A stretch of 64,000 bases of DNA from Minisyncoccota bacterium (GTDB lineage Bacteria; Patescibacteriota; Minisyncoccia; Phycocordibacterales; UBA918), in NCBI GenBank assembly GCA_021129515.1, contig JAJOLD010000001.1, positions 61,633 to 125,632 of the forward strand, read 5' to 3'. Below, piece by piece: positions 60,584 to 64,000 of this stretch (position 1 is its first letter; each line of letters starts with the position of its first letter). Under the pieces are notes generated by a model. The model did no database searches, was not told the DNA's origin, and saw nothing but the letters and a program-made list of their open reading frames with translations. A program made the translations under genes and the position numbers.

Positions 60584-60961
60584 TTAAGTCTTTTCGAGCT
60601 TACGACGACCAGATCCCATAGTCTTCTTAACCCCCTTCAATGTGCGTGCATTGGTCTTGGTACGCTGACCCCGCGCAGGGAGACGACGTGCATGTCGCAT
60701 GCCTCGGTACGATGTAATGTCTTTGAGGCGCTTAATATTAGCTGAAACTTCACGCTTGAGTTCCCCTTCAATAGTAAACGACTCTATTTTGTCACGAATA
60801 GCATTCTCCTGATCTGTTGAGAGATTGGTTGGCTTCTGTGATGCTTCAATATTGAGTTCTGCAAGAATCTGCTCAGCACGTGCGCGACCAATACCGTATA
60901 CGGCAGTCAAGCCGTATCCGAGTTGTTTTGTGTCTGGAATTGTAATACCTGAAATTCGCAT
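60584..60961 (-). CDS. rpsM: 30S ribosomal protein S13
   Basis: YGIG, YRGMRH, RGQRTKTNART. Confidence 0.98.
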   Translation of the reverse strand: MRISGITIPDTKQLGYGLTAVYGIGRARAEQILAELNIEASQKPTNLSTDQENAIRDKIESFTIEGELKREVSANIKRLKDITSYRGMRHARRLPARGQRTKTNARTLKGVKKTMGSGRRKLEKT

Positions 60962-60969
60962 ATGTAATA

Positions 60970-61086
60970 TTAACCTTGTCGCTGCTTATGGCGAGGCTTT
61001 TTCTTATTAATGACGTATACACGCCCGCGCCGGCGAACAATAATGTCGTCCGGGCTCATTTTTTTAACTGATGATCGTACCTTCAT
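60970..61086 (-). CDS. rpmJ: 50S ribosomal protein L36, zinc-free (C-) form
   Basis: [38 protein letters not shown]; no cysteines. Confidence 0.96.
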   Translation of the reverse strand: MKVRSSVKKMSPDDIIVRRRGRVYVINKKKPRHKQRQG

Positions 61087-61223
61087 ATGTTTCTTTATGA
61101 AATTTCCTACACACTGTAGATGCATATGCTCCAGGTGCAAAAATGTTGCGCTGATGCCGTATCGCAATACGGCAATTGAACAAGATTTCGAAACTGGTGC
61201 AGATGCGTTACGTATGGAAGAAA

Positions 61224-61445
61224 TTACAGACGTTTAGTTATGCGCCCTTTACCACCGTAGGGGTCCGGGACAATCGCAACTTTATCGCCCACAAGTACAC
61301 GTATGCGAAACTTCCGCATCTTACCTGCGAGGTATGCGATTTGTGATTCTTCTTCTCCGTCTATCAGAACACGAAAAAGGGCGTTCGGTAACGCCTCTTC
61401 TACCGTTCCGTAGATGAGTTTTTCCTTGTCTGAATGTTCTTGCAT
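61224..61445 (-). CDS. infA: Translation initiation factor IF-1
   Basis: [31 protein letters not shown]. Confidence 0.96.
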   Translation of the reverse strand: MQEHSDKEKLIYGTVEEALPNALFRVLIDGEEESQIAYLAGKMRKFRIRVLVGDKVAIVPDPYGGKGRITKRL

Positions 61446-61489
61446 CAAACGACAATGACTTTAACAAAGTTGCTGGATTTCGTCAACTC

Positions 61490-62842
61490 CTATGCATCTG
61501 GTTTATCCCCAATGACGGTGTGTACCTCAATCTCAGAAACAGTATCAGGGAATGCTTGTTTCCAAAATGGTCGAACCACAGCCTCGGCACGTTCAATTGC
61601 AGGATACCCAGACAACACATTTGGTAACGCAGTCTTCGATACACCAGTAATATCATTGAGCAATGCGGCGTCGTTATACTGCCACACAATACGCGATTGT
61701 CCTGCAAGGTTAAATGAGAGTTCCGTGTGCGGCGCGATATCACTCGTAGTGGTCGTTGGTGAGGTATACGCAAAGGTCAATGTAAATGGATCTGGCAGTG
61801 CAACTGGCGCACCTTCATATCCCGCGACGGTGTTTTTAGCGAGATATGCAGCAAATTCTGATTCCTTGAAAATAGGCACCTGCAGCCGTGCACGCTCCTT
61901 GATAGTTGCAAGCTCATTCCCATACTCAGTTGCTGGCAACGTGTCGAAGGCAAAGGTCACAGCATCTGGATAGAGCACAAAACCTGCAGGACGTTCTTCA
62001 TCAATACGCGCGAGTAGTGCATTGCGCAACTCAAGCTGGAGCGCCTGCTTTGCTGTCGTGAGTTCGTCGTCATCAATAATAAACCGCTTCCCTTCAAAAC
62101 CGCCCATGAAGCCTGTGTTAGATGTTGCGTACATCTTGTCGTACTGCTCGCTTCCCTTCAGACCGGGAATGGTAAATTGTCCTGCAGCAATGTTGTATTG
62201 CTCACCGGTACCATCGGCAAATACTGTTGCGGTAATAACACCAGGCACCAGCTTCCCATCCGCATCTTTGGTAGCACCAGGCACCACAACCGATTCATTG
62301 ATACGGAAAATGAGCCCCTCTGGTGATTCGAATCGGGTGTTTTTAATGAGTCGCTGTGTATCTGTACTGTATGCGTTATAAATGAAAATATCGCCCATTG
62401 CCCGCTCTGACACCTCTTCTTGCCCGGTTGCCGACACCTGCCGCTCGCCGTCGGCTTCAATGGTCAGCAATTCATAACTCAACTCACCAGCACCCGGTGT
62501 GCGGTGTGCGGTAAAGGTTGCCTGGACCGTTGCGTCCTTAAACTTAGGATAGACTGTAATTTCTGCACCACTGAGGAGCGTGCTCATAAAGAACCCACCT
62601 CCCAAAATAAGTGCAGCAACAATCGCAGCAGTAAACACCCGCTTGCGCTTAGACGCGCCACCATCGAGAATTTCAAGTGTGGTCACATCGTCAGTATGCT
62701 CAGTATGCGACGGCTCATGTGCGGGTCGCCGCGTCGGGCGCACCATATCCTGTTGTGGACGATTCGATGCCTTTGGGCGCGCGCTACTCCGCTGCGGTCG
62801 TTCAGGCGGCTTAATATCCTGGAGATTCCATTTTTGTGACAT
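61490..62842 (-). CDS. Single-TM hypothetical protein with baseplate J/gp47-like region
   Basis: Disordered N-tail (DIKPP), one TM; A.G.I.IYN...L...TRF....G..F...VVVPG...V.AD..GE.YNI....FTIPG pattern. Confidence 0.7.
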   Translation of the reverse strand: MSQKWNLQDIKPPERPQRSSARPKASNRPQQDMVRPTRRPAHEPSHTEHTDDVTTLEILDGGASKRKRVFTAAIVAALILGGGFFMSTLLSGAEITVYPKFKDATVQATFTAHRTPGAGELSYELLTIEADGERQVSATGQEEVSERAMGDIFIYNAYSTDTQRLIKNTRFESPEGLIFRINESVVVPGATKDADGKLVPGVITATVFADGTGEQYNIAAGQFTIPGLKGSEQYDKMYATSNTGFMGGFEGKRFIIDDDELTTAKQALQLELRNALLARIDEERPAGFVLYPDAVTFAFDTLPATEYGNELATIKERARLQVPIFKESEFAAYLAKNTVAGYEGAPVALPDPFTLTFAYTSPTTTTSDIAPHTELSFNLAGQSRIVWQYNDAALLNDITGVSKTALPNVLSGYPAIERAEAVVRPFWKQAFPDTVSEIEVHTVIGDKPDA

Positions 62843-62860
62843 AGGTATAGTATAGCTTCT

Positions 62861-64000
62861 TTACGACATCTCGAGGTCACCACAACCATGTAATTTGTGG
62901 AAAAATCGACTGCTGAGTGCAATAAAGATATCAGGGTTCTGTGTCTGTGCTGTTTCCTGTAAGAGTGCTGCGCGTAATTCAAGGGCAGTATAGGTGCTTT
63001 TGCTCCGTGACTCCATCGTCGTTGGTAACAAAGTACTAAAGAGTGTCTCTAATTCTGGATCAGCAGTCACAATCATAGTGAGTGGTATCCGCCGACTCTT
63101 CTGTAATGAATCAAATACCGTACCTACTGACTCTGTGTATGTAGCAAGCGCTTTTTTAATCACGCTCATATTACTTGGTGCTAAGGTGCCTTCTGCATGC
63201 GACCTGAGCAAGGATACCGCATCATCATGTGTGCCTTTTGTCTGCTCCTGCACCGCACGCACCAGTGTGTGACTCCCCGTGGGTACATGCGACGTCTCTC
63301 GCAACACACCCACTTCAACAATACCAATCTCAGTTGATTCACTGGTGATATCAACAATACAAAATGATGGCATCTCTGAAAACAAATCACGCATCACACA
63401 ATACGCAACCAACATATAGGTATGTACCGAAATTGATGCATTCACAAAGGTCTTATCATGCATTTCATCAATTGTTTCAAGCATTGCCCCTGGAATCAGC
63501 CCCGTGATGTGTGACAGGTCGATGGTCGTACCTTTGAGCCCCACTGGATCTTTTACCAGATATCCATTAACACGGACATCGACAGTATTGCGCTCAACAA
63601 CGTGTAATCCAAGTTTTTCAATAATTGCTGACTCTTCAAGGGTATTTGCAATTTCATCTTCAGCACTCGCAATTAAGTCTGCAATTAATCCTTTAGTAAT
63701 ACGGTCACGCTCCTCATGGTCATATGAGATACTGCGCGAAATAGTGTGTGACCAGGGTGATGAGCACGTCACCAACACCTTTTCTATCGTGGCATGTTTT
63801 GCATGCGCACGTAATGCCGCTAATCCGTCACCATTGAGTACCAGCAATGCCGCAAAGAGTGCCTCGCGCAACTTACGCATACGCACATCACGGTTTTTTG
63901 ATATCGCACCCGTTGTGCGTAAATACTCTCGGTGTGTAAAGAGAAGCTGCGGTACAGCAGCACCTTCACGAGACGCAACAACCCCAACCCCAACACTTCC
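62861..64000 (-). CDS. FtsA/PilM-like actin-fold protein (5' end outside window)
   Basis: Frame open to the window edge (GSVGVGVV); VNGY, IVDITSESTEIGIV, PTGSHTLV motifs. Confidence 0.7.
   Translation of the reverse strand, partial: GSVGVGVVASREGAAVPQLLFTHREYLRTTGAISKNRDVRMRKLREALFAALLVLNGDGLAALRAHAKHATIEKVLVTCSSPWSHTISRSISYDHEERDRITKGLIADLIASAEDEIANTLEESAIIEKLGLHVVERNTVDVRVNGYLVKDPVGLKGTTIDLSHITGLIPGAMLETIDEMHDKTFVNASISVHTYMLVAYCVMRDLFSEMPSFCIVDITSESTEIGIVEVGVLRETSHVPTGSHTLVRAVQEQTKGTHDDAVSLLRSHAEGTLAPSNMSVIKKALATYTESVGTVFDSLQKSRRIPLTMIVTADPELETLFSTLLPTTMESRSKSTYTALELRAALLQETAQTQNPDIFIALSSRFFHKLHGCGDLEMS

Noticed and set aside
61490-62842. Prophage, inferred from the baseplate-like gene
   Set aside because: No terminase, capsid, tail or integrase genes; the protein has a TM anchor and sits in a core operon
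1-64000. CRISPR array, tRNA or rRNA genes
   Set aside because: No regularly spaced direct repeats with unique spacers, no cas genes, and no cloverleaf or rRNA signatures were seen
1-64000. Alternative genetic code (TGA=Gly, as in some CPR lineages)
   Set aside because: Conserved genes are full length in code 11, and TGA ends murI and gltX at the expected positions

Overview
This 64-kb window looks like the chromosome of a reduced-genome bacterium, most likely Patescibacteria/CPR (Parcubacteria-like). That is an inference from the truncated PheS/PheT, the archaeal-type non-discriminating AspRS, the FtsA-like plus baseplate-J-like gene pair and the near absence of Shine-Dalgarno signals on core genes. 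It uses standard code 11. The left ~33 kb mixes repair, stress and cell-wall genes (uvrB end, uvrA, DEAD-box helicase, mltG, csp, lexA, murI) with orphan ORFs and several pseudogenes. The right ~31 kb is a minus-strand core block (gltX, murG, ftsW, mraY, dac, scpBA, pepA, aspS, trpS, pheST, dnaJ-dnaK-grpE, infA-rpmJ-rpsM-K-D-rpoA-rplQ-rplM-rpsI). The most interesting signals are non-coding. (1) Two REP-associated tyrosine transposases (RAYT), each flanked by its own palindrome family, plus several other dispersed and sometimes nested palindrome/MITE families. (2) A tandem pair of covarying structured elements at the rpsI 3' end. (3) A complete-looking T-box riboswitch upstream of aspS. (4) An unassigned ~210-nt structured RNA candidate at 19.2 kb and other leader RNA candidates. 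(5) A lysozyme-like gene with an attenuator-like leader and no canonical start codon. (6) A Gram-positive-type SOS box in the lexA operon promoter. No tRNA, rRNA or CRISPR array was seen. All protein calls come from motif recognition by eye, not database searches.
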